A DNA stretch of 64,000 bases from Escherichia virus TH32, in sequence record MT446405.1; one strand, given 5' to 3'. Made by a program: the position numbers and the translations under genes. This document shows positions 55,495-64,000 of this stretch, piece after piece. The notes under the pieces were generated by a model. That model saw nothing but the letters and a program-made list of their open reading frames with translations. It made no database searches and had not been told where the DNA came from. Position 1 is the first letter of the stretch. Every line of letters starts with the position of its first letter.

Positions 55495-56468
55495 TGGCAG
55501 GAGAGATCAAAGCGCTTAAGCCAATGAAAGGCTGTCAACGTAAGCAAATCATCGAACGCGGTGAAGACGTTCCGTTACCTTGCGGATTGTCATTTAAGGT
55601 TGATGGCATACGTGCTATGGCTTATGACAAGCTTCCTATGGGTACGTCTGGAATGCCGCTGCGAAACGTTCAAATCAAGAAAGAGTTCCTTTTCTTGGGC
55701 GATTTGATTTACGGCCTTGATGGTGAACTCATCGACGGCAATCCTAATGACAAGAACGTCATGCAGCAGGCATATACTGCGTGCATGAATACTGATGCAA
55801 TAACTAACTTTACATGGTGGGTGTTTGATGACTTCAGCGACCCCGATTTACCTTTTGAAAAGCGTTATGCGAACTATCGGGCTAGAGTTGCTGAGGTCAA
55901 TCAGTATCTCTTGGGCCATGGCCACAGACCATTCCTTCGCGCCCTTGAATACCGAAACATTGAGAATATGGATCAATACGCGGCAATGCAAGTCGAAGCG
56001 GACCAGCTTGGATATGAAGGCTTATACGGCAAATCGTGGACGGGCAAATACAAGCATGGCCGCGCAACGCCGAAGTCGCGTGATGTATGGAAAGACAAGC
56101 CGTGGACCGACGAAGAAGGACAGATCATAGATTTCGTCGAGATGATGGAGAATAACAACGAAGCGTTCATTGATGAGCTTGGTCGCACAAAACGATCAAA
56201 GGAAGCTGAAGGACTCGTTGCCAAGGGTTGTCTCGGATCATTTGTCGTAGTCAATCCAAAGTATGTAGATGAGAAGGGTGAGATGATTCCTTTCCGTGTG
56301 TCCGCAGGTTCAATGCCTATGGCAGAGCGGAAGATGCTTTGGGATAATCGCGAAAATTATCGCCACAAATACTTGACGTATAAATTCTTTAACTTTGGCA
56401 TCGTTGACGTGCCGCGCTCTGCGCTTTATAAATGCTTCCGTGATATTACTGATATGGAGTATTTTTAA
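55491..56468 (+). CDS. ATP-dependent DNA ligase
   Basis: Adenylation motif I KVDGIR, motif III LDGELI, motif IV EGLYGK, motif V lysines. Confidence 0.7.
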   Translation: MMAGEIKALKPMKGCQRKQIIERGEDVPLPCGLSFKVDGIRAMAYDKLPMGTSGMPLRNVQIKKEFLFLGDLIYGLDGELIDGNPNDKNVMQQAYTACMNTDAITNFTWWVFDDFSDPDLPFEKRYANYRARVAEVNQYLLGHGHRPFLRALEYRNIENMDQYAAMQVEADQLGYEGLYGKSWTGKYKHGRATPKSRDVWKDKPWTDEEGQIIDFVEMMENNNEAFIDELGRTKRSKEAEGLVAKGCLGSFVVVNPKYVDEKGEMIPFRVSAGSMPMAERKMLWDNRENYRHKYLTYKFFNFGIVDVPRSALYKCFRDITDMEYF

Positions 56469-56540
56469 CACACTGAATAAATAATTGGCGCGGATAATCT
56501 ATCCAGCCGTTTTATAGAATTTAATATACAGTGTGTACAT

Positions 56541-56570
56541 AAAGCCGGTTAATCCGGCTTTTCTTTTATT
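56541..56570 (+). terminator. Intrinsic terminator
   Basis: aaagccgg-ttaat-ccggcttt hairpin followed by tcttttattt. Confidence 0.6.
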
Positions 56571-56643
56571 TACCTTTCGTCGTATTTACTTTCAAAACCT
56601 TCGGCCTATACTATTACTATTCATAATCAAAAGGTGAATTATA

Positions 56644-57186
56644 ATGAAAGCTAACAAATTAAAGATTGTTTTGATCATCATCATGGCCATGCTGACAGTA
56701 ATATTCTTCACCAAAACTGCATCTGCTGAAAATATGTTTACGCCGCCGAATAGTAATGCAAAGGTGCTGACAAGATACTTTAACAACGGTCAATCTTTTG
56801 AGTTCTGCTGGAATAAATATGACGTTGTAAAGAGCAAGTTCGGCAAAGAAAAGATGTGTGTAATGAATGATCGCGGTCGACAGGTCGTGTCATTTGTTTT
56901 CGGAATGTCCATGGCAAAAGTTGATGCCCCTGAAATCGTTGTCAGGTATAATACATTGGACAGCGGCCTTGTCGACAAGACATACCCTGTTGCAGTAGAC
57001 AGCAGGACAGGCGGCGCACTCATACTTACTCCAGAAGATAAATCAGATGTCGTTAACATGCTCATCAACAGCAAAGACGTAATCGTGTTTTATCATGTTG
57101 AAGGCGTATCAGACTACCAAATGGCCTACTATCCACTGCCCTTAAGAGATGCTTCAGGTAATGTTAAGACACAGGACGTGCGTTGA
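56644..57186 (+). CDS. Secreted protein with signal peptide
   Basis: MKANKLKIVLIIIMAMLTVIFFTKTASAENMF; AAAGGTGAA RBS. Confidence 0.45.
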   Translation: MKANKLKIVLIIIMAMLTVIFFTKTASAENMFTPPNSNAKVLTRYFNNGQSFEFCWNKYDVVKSKFGKEKMCVMNDRGRQVVSFVFGMSMAKVDAPEIVVRYNTLDSGLVDKTYPVAVDSRTGGALILTPEDKSDVVNMLINSKDVIVFYHVEGVSDYQMAYYPLPLRDASGNVKTQDVR

Positions 57187-57413
57187 CATGGGTGGTAGTT
57201 ATGCAGAAAGATTTGGAAGAAAACAAAAGGCTGAAAAAGGCTTTGACGTCTCAAATCTTGTCCCTGTTGGTAAAGCTTATTGGGGAGTCAATTAGCAACA
57301 AGGTGGCACGGGCCGCGATTGTTGGCGTGATTGGCATGGCGGGGTATTACTTCGACTTGCCAGACATTGATACAAGCTCCGCGCCGCCCGTCCAGGTTGA
57401 AGCCGTAAAATAA
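57183..57413 (+). CDS. Small membrane protein (holin/antiholin candidate)
   Basis: 76 aa with one hydrophobic segment AAIVGVIGMAGYYF; adjacent to, but convergent with, the endolysin gene. Confidence 0.3.
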   Translation: MTWVVVMQKDLEENKRLKKALTSQILSLLVKLIGESISNKVARAAIVGVIGMAGYYFDLPDIDTSSAPPVQVEAVK

Positions 57414-57416
57414 ACA

Positions 57417-57436
57417 AAGGCCCATATGGGCCTTTT
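57417..57436. terminator. Bidirectional terminator between convergent genes
   Basis: Perfect palindrome aaaggccc-atat-gggccttt between the plus-strand block and the minus-strand endolysin. Confidence 0.6.
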
Positions 57437-57437
57437 C

Positions 57438-58082
57438 TTACATAACTGCTAGTGCATCCTTGTAACGCTTCCGTCGCAAATCCCCATGGTTAGCCGTATT
57501 CGGCGCGGCCCCGTTAATCCGCTTAACAGTCGAATCAAATGCACCCGCATCGGCAAGAGGAATACAGCCGCTATTCTTAAAGAACCATGCCGCGCTGTCA
57601 GCGATGTATTTTGGTTCAGTCAGAATATCAGGATTGTTCAATGCGTCATAGCCTGATTGCTTTGAATAATCTGCATAGTTATCCTTTCCAGTCAGCTGAA
57701 TGGCACCACGGCCACGGTACTTCCAACCGTCTCCCGATGCTACCGAACCGTTGCCCATGCGGTTTGCATATGTATTATTGGCGATTTCCATTGGTTTACG
57801 GGCAATCGACAATGCCAAGGAGTTGGGTGCACCGCCGAAACGACCGCTGGCGCTGTAACGGCTAGGCCATGTATTAGCAAGACCTTGAGCGGAATAATTC
57901 AAGTTTTCCACAAATGTCTTCAGACTGCCTGTTTCCACTCCTACGTTTGCAAGCAACGCCGCGATGGCGTTCTTGCTTTTGATTCCGTAGTGCTCACAAG
58001 CCTTCTTGAAAGGGTCCACCCATTTCTCTGCGACATCCATGCTGCATCCGGTCCCTTTAGATATTACGTTTGCATTAATCAT
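57438..58082 (-). CDS. Endolysin, glycoside hydrolase family 19 (chitinase-like lysozyme)
   Basis: GH19-type catalytic region including YRGRGAIQLTGKDNY and upstream E-rich catalytic segment. Confidence 0.65.
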   Translation of the reverse strand: MINANVISKGTGCSMDVAEKWVDPFKKACEHYGIKSKNAIAALLANVGVETGSLKTFVENLNYSAQGLANTWPSRYSASGRFGGAPNSLALSIARKPMEIANNTYANRMGNGSVASGDGWKYRGRGAIQLTGKDNYADYSKQSGYDALNNPDILTEPKYIADSAAWFFKNSGCIPLADAGAFDSTVKRINGAAPNTANHGDLRRKRYKDALAVM

Positions 58083-58090
58083 AAATCACC

Positions 58091-59935
58091 TTATGCGCTT
58101 CTGTACCAGCCGTTCAAGACGACATATCGCGGCAGGGTTGAGACAGCCGTTGGAACAGACTGCCCTGCGTTGCCAGTGTTACCGACCACATCGTGAGTGT
58201 GAGCGGGAAGGGTATAGCTATGGCTGTGATTGCCAGCGTAATTTATATTCAACCCATGGGTGTGTGACCCAGAAGATTGGATATTGTGGACGTGGTTGCC
58301 GTTAGTCGAGGTGTTGTATTTGTAGTTATCCCAGTCGCCGCCCTTTCGACTGCCGAAGTTGTTGTGCGTATTGTCATACACGCCATACCGCGCATCATTC
58401 GTATTCGCCTCACCCCAGCTACTGTCATGGTGGTGGTTGCCTGCCGAATCCATTCCGTGCACGTGAGCACCGTTTTGACTGGTATCGCCTGTGTGGTTAT
58501 GGCTGCCCGCATCTCCAGTGGTATTTGACCATGGACCGCTTTGTCGCGTAGTAATGTTCACGCTGTGATTGTGCAGAGGAAGCATGGCGGCGGTAAGGGT
58601 GACGGAGTCCGCGCCGCCAGTGGCAAGACCGTTTCGTGCCGTGCCGGATGTTCTGATGACCATGTTATCAGGCAATCTGGTCCACACCTGTCCATAAGCG
58701 CCAAGCTTGGTGTTTGGGTTGGTGCCATTAGTCAAGAATCGAGTCTCACCGACTTCGAATACATCACCCATAGTGATCAACTTAGAAGCCAAATCATCGA
58801 GTTGACGCTTTGTCACAAACTGTTGCGGCTCACTAGCATCAACACCGATTTGCGCCGCGCCGAATGCTTGAAGAAGACGCCAGACTGTTCCGTCATAAAT
58901 AATGGTGAAAGGCAGCAGACCGACGATGGACCCTGCTGGCAACTCGCCGCCGTCGAATCCAAGGACGGCAACCTTGTTTGCACCAATGGTCACGGTGACA
59001 GGCCCAGTGGTCGTGACATCATTGACGATGGTCAGGCGACTACCTGCTGACGGAGGCCATGAATAACCTGCTGGAACGGTAAGGATTATATCTTGTGCGC
59101 CTTTACCTGATGCAAGATTCGGCGTTCCAATTTGCACGTCTTGAACAGTAGCATTTTGAATCCAGGCACTCCAAGCACCAGAAGTATAAGAGCGGGTGAA
59201 AACATATCCGTTCATTGACGTGTATTGTTGCAGGGCGAAAGTCTGCGCATCAACCTGCCAAGCGCAAACCTGGAGGCGACCTGCAGCCTTCGTCGCACCA
59301 ACCGCGTTCGGGATGTTAGAGCAGAGAGCGGCAACGGCGTCAGATTGAATGACAATAGTTGTGGAAGTCGTGATATTATCAAAGTCCACAAAGTTTGAAA
59401 TCAGTCCGCGAACAAAATACGGGTTTTGCGCATCGCCGCCAGCAGGCATAGGAATATACTTTCGCGCTTCGCTAGGCAGCGTTAATTCCTGCCAAGATTC
59501 CGTTTCGCCGTTGGCTGGTACGGCGCTGGTGTTGCCGTCAACCACGCTCTGGAAAATGCGCCACTCAGGCGCTGAAGGAGTTCCAGAGTTGCTTACCACG
59601 ATGGCGTTTTTCGGGTATCCATCTGGCTTCAAGTCAGACGAGAAATACTGTTGAGCGCCGTGGTCCTGGATGAACATCAGGTTGTCGGTGATCAGATTCA
59701 ACAACCAGTTCATCGACTCACGTTCAACCGCTTTCGCGGCGACGTTTCCAGCTTCCAGAGCAAGTGCATAGTCAGGGGTGTAGCCGCGCTGGAAGTTCAC
59801 ATAACCGCTTGGGCTTGCATCCGGCACCACGGATACATCACCGCTTTGCGCGAAAGGTCTGTTAATAAGTGTTGGCATTGCCGTTCCTCTACACGATGTA
59901 TTTAATTTTTGATAAAAGGGTCGATGCCCAATCAC
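58091..59935 (-). CDS. Tail fibre protein with C-terminal HxH repeat (metal-binding) domain
   Basis: C-terminal HNHSVNI ... HNHTGDT ... HVHGMDSAGNHHHDSSW ... HVHNIQSSGSHTHGL ... HSHSYTLPAHTHDV: repeated His-x-His motifs as in T4-type long/short fibre tips. Confidence 0.6.
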   Translation of the reverse strand: MIGHRPFYQKLNTSCRGTAMPTLINRPFAQSGDVSVVPDASPSGYVNFQRGYTPDYALALEAGNVAAKAVERESMNWLLNLITDNLMFIQDHGAQQYFSSDLKPDGYPKNAIVVSNSGTPSAPEWRIFQSVVDGNTSAVPANGETESWQELTLPSEARKYIPMPAGGDAQNPYFVRGLISNFVDFDNITTSTTIVIQSDAVAALCSNIPNAVGATKAAGRLQVCAWQVDAQTFALQQYTSMNGYVFTRSYTSGAWSAWIQNATVQDVQIGTPNLASGKGAQDIILTVPAGYSWPPSAGSRLTIVNDVTTTGPVTVTIGANKVAVLGFDGGELPAGSIVGLLPFTIIYDGTVWRLLQAFGAAQIGVDASEPQQFVTKRQLDDLASKLITMGDVFEVGETRFLTNGTNPNTKLGAYGQVWTRLPDNMVIRTSGTARNGLATGGADSVTLTAAMLPLHNHSVNITTRQSGPWSNTTGDAGSHNHTGDTSQNGAHVHGMDSAGNHHHDSSWGEANTNDARYGVYDNTHNNFGSRKGGDWDNYKYNTSTNGNHVHNIQSSGSHTHGLNINYAGNHSHSYTLPAHTHDVVGNTGNAGQSVPTAVSTLPRYVVLNGWYRSA

Positions 59936-62627
59936 CAGTTAAGTCAGTTATGTTCATGCTTGAAACATAACCACCAGCAGCACTTCTCGGAAAGTTTACT
60001 GTTGCTACAACATCACCATTAGAAGCAATCAATTGAACTCCAGTGGCAAGTGATCCTGGGTTTTTGATGTATATAGAAGTCGCAGTTTTCTTTGCGAAAT
60101 CTTCGCTTGTTGAAATTGCAAGCGCATTCATCGTATCGCCAGACACAAGCATTAAGCTCAAAATATCAAGGTCAAGAGTCGTACCAACTTCGGTCGGCAA
60201 ATCTTTTCCTGATATCAAGCCGATGCTGATGCCGCCAGTTGATCCATCCCAGGTAGCGCCTTCAACAATCTCAGCGGCAAGGTCAATTTCGATACGTTGC
60301 AAATCACCTGCGCCTATGTTGTAGAATTTAGGGATATAGCCACCCATCCCATCCGGTACAGTTACAAAAAGTTTTTGACCGTTAACCGTGTTGTTTTTGA
60401 CTATTGCGATAAATGACAAAGGGCCAGTCAGGGTGCCAGTGTATTTAGTAGCAAGTACAGCACGTGCATAACCGGATGCTGGCACAGTCCCTATTGTAGC
60501 GGAAAGCTTGAATGATGGGAACTGGTTGGGCACACCGCTGATTGGCGTCGCTGTGACAGTGTTTGCGCCGTCCTTAACGATATTGCCAAATGAAGTTCCA
60601 TCATTAGGCCGAGTATATCGCCAATAGTTAGTGATTGCCGCGCGTGGTATTTCACGACCAAAGTCATCTCTTGATGCTTTTGAGATTGAATAGTCGTTGA
60701 CGAGCGCGCCGTCGACGACCTGGTTTACACCTTTCAAAGATTCAAGCTGGCGTATCACACCGTTGAAGTTGTTCAGCGGCCACTCGTTAATGCCGCCAAC
60801 TCTGATGATACCGTCAGTGTTAATCCACGCAACACCTTCCGTTTCAAATCCTACGCGCGTGTCTGTTATGTCGCTGACAGTCAAATCGATATCAGATAAG
60901 TCTGCGACTTCTTGGTAAAGCTGCCAGCGTATTCCGGCATTTGCTGGCAAGAATCCTTCATTCCTGTCGCCAACTAGCGTCTTAAAGTTGTCAGACAGGT
61001 TGTTGGCGAAATAAGGTCCGATGACGTATTCCATGTAATAGTCGGCGGTCGGCGGCGGCGGTACTCCATCAAGCCTGCTAACGTTCCATGAGCGTCTGAT
61101 GCCGTCAGTCTCTGCAATCAATGTGGCGTTCCCTGGGTACGGGTAGCCGCCGATTGAGCCAGAGTATGCAAGTGATGAGCCAGGTTGCATGAATGACTCG
61201 CCAACCACACCGTTTCTTGTCGTCAGCGGTCCGTTTGCACAGGAGATGTTGTTGAGCGTTCCCGCCGTTACAGACAGTATTGCTGTTCCGTCAGAAGGAG
61301 GGTTTTGCGTTCCATAAAAATAAGGCTCAGGTCCATTTGGATTCTGAACAGGGTCGCAGACGCAAATCGAGTATCCAAAAAGAAGTGCATCAGACCCTTC
61401 AGGCAATTCACGAGTTTGAGTTGATCCAGCGGCAGTCGCCTTCAACTCTATTGAAAAGCTGGTACTTACTCCAGACGCAGCGGTTGCCGTCTGCTCTACA
61501 ATCCAGATTCGATACCAATCGCCGCCGATTGCTTTGATGCCACCACGGCTTGATTCCCTTCTTACTCCATCGAATTTGCCTTTGATGAAATAGCTCAATG
61601 ACGGGTCCAAGTTGAACTGGCCAGTGACGGGGTCAAACAACTTTCCATTGCTCGATGCATCACTATTCTCTGTAACAGAAACAGAAGCGACGTTTTCAGA
61701 AAGCACCTTTATGTAGAAGCTATAGCAAACGTTAACGCCAGCCTGCGAAGGAAGGGCAATTGACTGTGCGCTTGGATTATTGGCCAAAGAATACACAGGC
61801 TCACCGCTTGAAGCCGTCTTGACGACCCTTACTGCGTTGGCAAAATTCTCTATTGCCTCACCTGGGTAATCGCCACACAACTGCCCATAGTAATCAGGAC
61901 CACCATACTGTCTGGTGTCGCCGCCGACAAGCCCTGTGCCGGAACCATTTCCCCATGAGTACCAATCTGGGTGCGCCATCCGTGACACGGTGCCTGATAC
62001 TCCGCTGATGGTCAGTCCGGCGTTGTTGCCATGGCTTAAAAGTATCTGCTTATAATCGTGCTGAATCTCAGTTGACCCCTGCCAGTCGTACAGAAGGAAT
62101 GAGCCATTGGTTGATTCAGACGAAGACACCGCGCCTTGAGTATTGTCGGTCACATATGCGTAGCGTGATGAAGAGTAATCCCAAGCCTCTCCACGGTTGA
62201 AAATCCACTTAAGCATGCGGTTGATACTTTCGATGCGGCCATCACTTGTAAGCGTCAGATAACGAAGCTTAAGAAGTATGCGCGCTTCTTCGATATTCTT
62301 TACAACCTTACCGCCAGCACCAAAGAAGTTGCCGCCGATGTTGTCCGCACCTTCAAAGTTGTCACGCGTCGGTCCAAACGCCCAGTTGTGCTCATAATTG
62401 CTTAAGTCCACAAAGTCTCTTGGTATGCAAAGAATGTCGCACCAAATATAAATGCCCATTGCATCACAAGTGTCAATGTTGAAAATGTTGTTGTACCAGT
62501 CAGTCCAAAACTGATCTTGGTATCTTTCATACCAGTCACTTTTCTTTTGCACCAAAGACGTGATGTTTGGTGCATTGTTCTGCATCCACTTAAGGTTTTG
62601 CAACAGGTTTGTGTCAAACTTTTGCAT
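59889..62627 (-). CDS. Large tail fibre/baseplate protein (912 aa)
   Basis: G/S/T/N-rich large structural ORF upstream of the HxH fibre gene. Confidence 0.5.
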   Translation of the reverse strand: MQKFDTNLLQNLKWMQNNAPNITSLVQKKSDWYERYQDQFWTDWYNNIFNIDTCDAMGIYIWCDILCIPRDFVDLSNYEHNWAFGPTRDNFEGADNIGGNFFGAGGKVVKNIEEARILLKLRYLTLTSDGRIESINRMLKWIFNRGEAWDYSSSRYAYVTDNTQGAVSSSESTNGSFLLYDWQGSTEIQHDYKQILLSHGNNAGLTISGVSGTVSRMAHPDWYSWGNGSGTGLVGGDTRQYGGPDYYGQLCGDYPGEAIENFANAVRVVKTASSGEPVYSLANNPSAQSIALPSQAGVNVCYSFYIKVLSENVASVSVTENSDASSNGKLFDPVTGQFNLDPSLSYFIKGKFDGVRRESSRGGIKAIGGDWYRIWIVEQTATAASGVSTSFSIELKATAAGSTQTRELPEGSDALLFGYSICVCDPVQNPNGPEPYFYGTQNPPSDGTAILSVTAGTLNNISCANGPLTTRNGVVGESFMQPGSSLAYSGSIGGYPYPGNATLIAETDGIRRSWNVSRLDGVPPPPTADYYMEYVIGPYFANNLSDNFKTLVGDRNEGFLPANAGIRWQLYQEVADLSDIDLTVSDITDTRVGFETEGVAWINTDGIIRVGGINEWPLNNFNGVIRQLESLKGVNQVVDGALVNDYSISKASRDDFGREIPRAAITNYWRYTRPNDGTSFGNIVKDGANTVTATPISGVPNQFPSFKLSATIGTVPASGYARAVLATKYTGTLTGPLSFIAIVKNNTVNGQKLFVTVPDGMGGYIPKFYNIGAGDLQRIEIDLAAEIVEGATWDGSTGGISIGLISGKDLPTEVGTTLDLDILSLMLVSGDTMNALAISTSEDFAKKTATSIYIKNPGSLATGVQLIASNGDVVATVNFPRSAAGGYVSSMNITDLTGDWASTLLSKIKYIV

Positions 62628-62633
62628 AGTTCC

Positions 62634-63905
62634 TCACACAAATTTAACGTTGATGAAGCCGCGCATAGTATTCGCCTTATCCCAAGGATTGGCAATCCAC
62701 TCGCTGCCGTAATCGGATGGATAATTTGGCGCTGCCTGTCCGCTTTTCACTGCTGCAATTTTGCAATCTTTAATATACAAGCCTGGATACTCGCAAGACA
62801 CTGCTGAAGCAATTTCAAAAGAAGATTGAGATTGACCTACTGTATATCCTTGCTCACCGTTAAAATTGCCATTGCCGTAATTCAACACAGCGGCAATAAT
62901 AGATTCCGCATCGGCGGTTGCTGTGCCTCTTGAAACAGTAATGTCAACATACAAGTCATATATTACTGCAGTGTTGAACTTCACAAAATAAGACAGTTGT
63001 GATTCTTCGTCTACAACTTCTATTCCATCAGGCGAGTTGACTGGATTGCCCTGATTTGTCGCACCAAAGTCCCACGGCTGGCCGCCCATTTTCGCTTTGA
63101 AAATAGTCTCAGCAAAAACTTGCTTATCGAAAGTTCCGCTTGCGCACACCCAAACACCGTTAGGCGTTGAAAAGGTGATGCCGCGTACCGTTCCAGGCAA
63201 TCCCGTGTCGTTCTCCACGACCATCACAGATTCCACGCCGTCGACCGACATGGCGCGAGCGCGAATGGCACCAAGCGATGCAATGCCCTGCTGGTAAAGA
63301 CGCTTAACGCGAGCGGCCTTTAATGCTCCGTCGCCCATGTATTGCGTTCCTGGCACAGTCGTCGTTGCTGATGTTGAATACGTTCTTGACCATCCGATGA
63401 CGCCATAACCTTGCACCACTGTAAACTCTTCATCAGGGGCAACAGTAAATGAGCCATAATCTTTTGATGCAAGAGTCATGTTGCTTGTCTTGCCAGTCGA
63501 AGTGATTTGAACGTCTTCAAGAACATACCAGTATGTGCCGTTTGAATCCGTCAGCAAACTTCCAGCAGGAATTTCCAACAGCGGCGTTCCTTCTGCGGTA
63601 ATTCCTTTCAACATCGTGCTGATGTTTTTCGTTCGCTCAATACCAAGCAATGCCGCGATGGCATCAAGGTATACGCCATATGAATAATTAGGGTTGATGA
63701 GACTTCCCAGCTCGGCGTTGTTCTTCATGACTGAAGTTCTTGCCAAAGTCTCTGTCGCGATTAGGGTGCCTTGCGGTGTCGATGCATCAACGTCAAGCCC
63801 GACCCCTAATGACTCAATCCATTCATTCTGAACGTCAGCCAGCAAATCGGCTGTGTCGATGGTTATTACACCAGTGCTTACTATGTAAGAATATTGTGCA
63901 CTCAT
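62634..63905 (-). CDS. Tail/baseplate protein (423 aa)
   Basis: Structural-looking ORF in the fibre operon. Confidence 0.4.
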   Translation of the reverse strand: MSAQYSYIVSTGVITIDTADLLADVQNEWIESLGVGLDVDASTPQGTLIATETLARTSVMKNNAELGSLINPNYSYGVYLDAIAALLGIERTKNISTMLKGITAEGTPLLEIPAGSLLTDSNGTYWYVLEDVQITSTGKTSNMTLASKDYGSFTVAPDEEFTVVQGYGVIGWSRTYSTSATTTVPGTQYMGDGALKAARVKRLYQQGIASLGAIRARAMSVDGVESVMVVENDTGLPGTVRGITFSTPNGVWVCASGTFDKQVFAETIFKAKMGGQPWDFGATNQGNPVNSPDGIEVVDEESQLSYFVKFNTAVIYDLYVDITVSRGTATADAESIIAAVLNYGNGNFNGEQGYTVGQSQSSFEIASAVSCEYPGLYIKDCKIAAVKSGQAAPNYPSDYGSEWIANPWDKANTMRGFINVKFV

Positions 63906-64000
63906 TCTATCATATCCCCAGTTCTGTTTCCAGGTCCGTTACCTATGTGACCGTGAGTGGATACATTTGTGCCGCCGATTGTTGTGCCAGTCGGAAGCGT
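63902..64000 (-). CDS. Partial CDS (C-terminal 32 codons; gene starts beyond window end)
   Basis: Open minus-strand frame ending TLPTGTTIGGTNVSTHGHIGNGPGNRTGDMIE, with stop overlapping the start of the next gene (ATGA). Confidence 0.4.
   Translation of the reverse strand, partial: TLPTGTTIGGTNVSTHGHIGNGPGNRTGDMIE

Overview
This window reads as a contiguous piece of a tailed dsDNA phage genome (most likely a myovirus-type virion with its own DnaE-type replisome), with almost no non-phage content. Layout: (1) 1-17.7 kb, minus strand: tail and head morphogenesis genes (tube-like paralogs, putative sheath, major capsid, scaffold-like acidic protein, MuF-like head protein, portal, large terminase), interrupted at 10.7-11.2 kb by an iteron/AT-rich non-coding region. 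(2) 17.8-23.2 kb, plus strand: small genes and a 767-aa tail fibre. (3) 23.2-27.6 kb: an accessory island with an ORF-free repeat-rich stretch, three paralogous small genes each with its own conserved promoter-leader cassette, a dense cluster of ATAGTGCAAAT boxes, and a second iteron/AT-rich region homologous to the one at 10.8 kb. (4) 27.6-39.2 kb, minus strand: about 30 tightly coupled small early-type genes plus an SF3 primase-helicase and a prim-pol-like protein. (5) 39.3-57.4 kb, plus strand: replication and nucleotide metabolism (Dda-like helicase, DnaQ-like exonuclease, DnaE, VRR-NUC, SNF2 helicase, ATP-dependent ligase, MazG-like, ThyX-like, FAD oxidoreductase, HAD, SDR) and an embedded Rz/Rz1-type spanin pair. 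(6) 57.4-64.0 kb, minus strand: GH19 endolysin and tail fibre/baseplate genes, including an HxH-repeat fibre. The best candidate for an undescribed system is the 23.2-27.6 kb island; a second candidate is the FAD-oxidoreductase/ThyX-like/HAD/SDR/VOC-like enzyme cluster at 42-46.9 kb. All calls rest on motifs read by eye from the translations and sequence; no database search was run.
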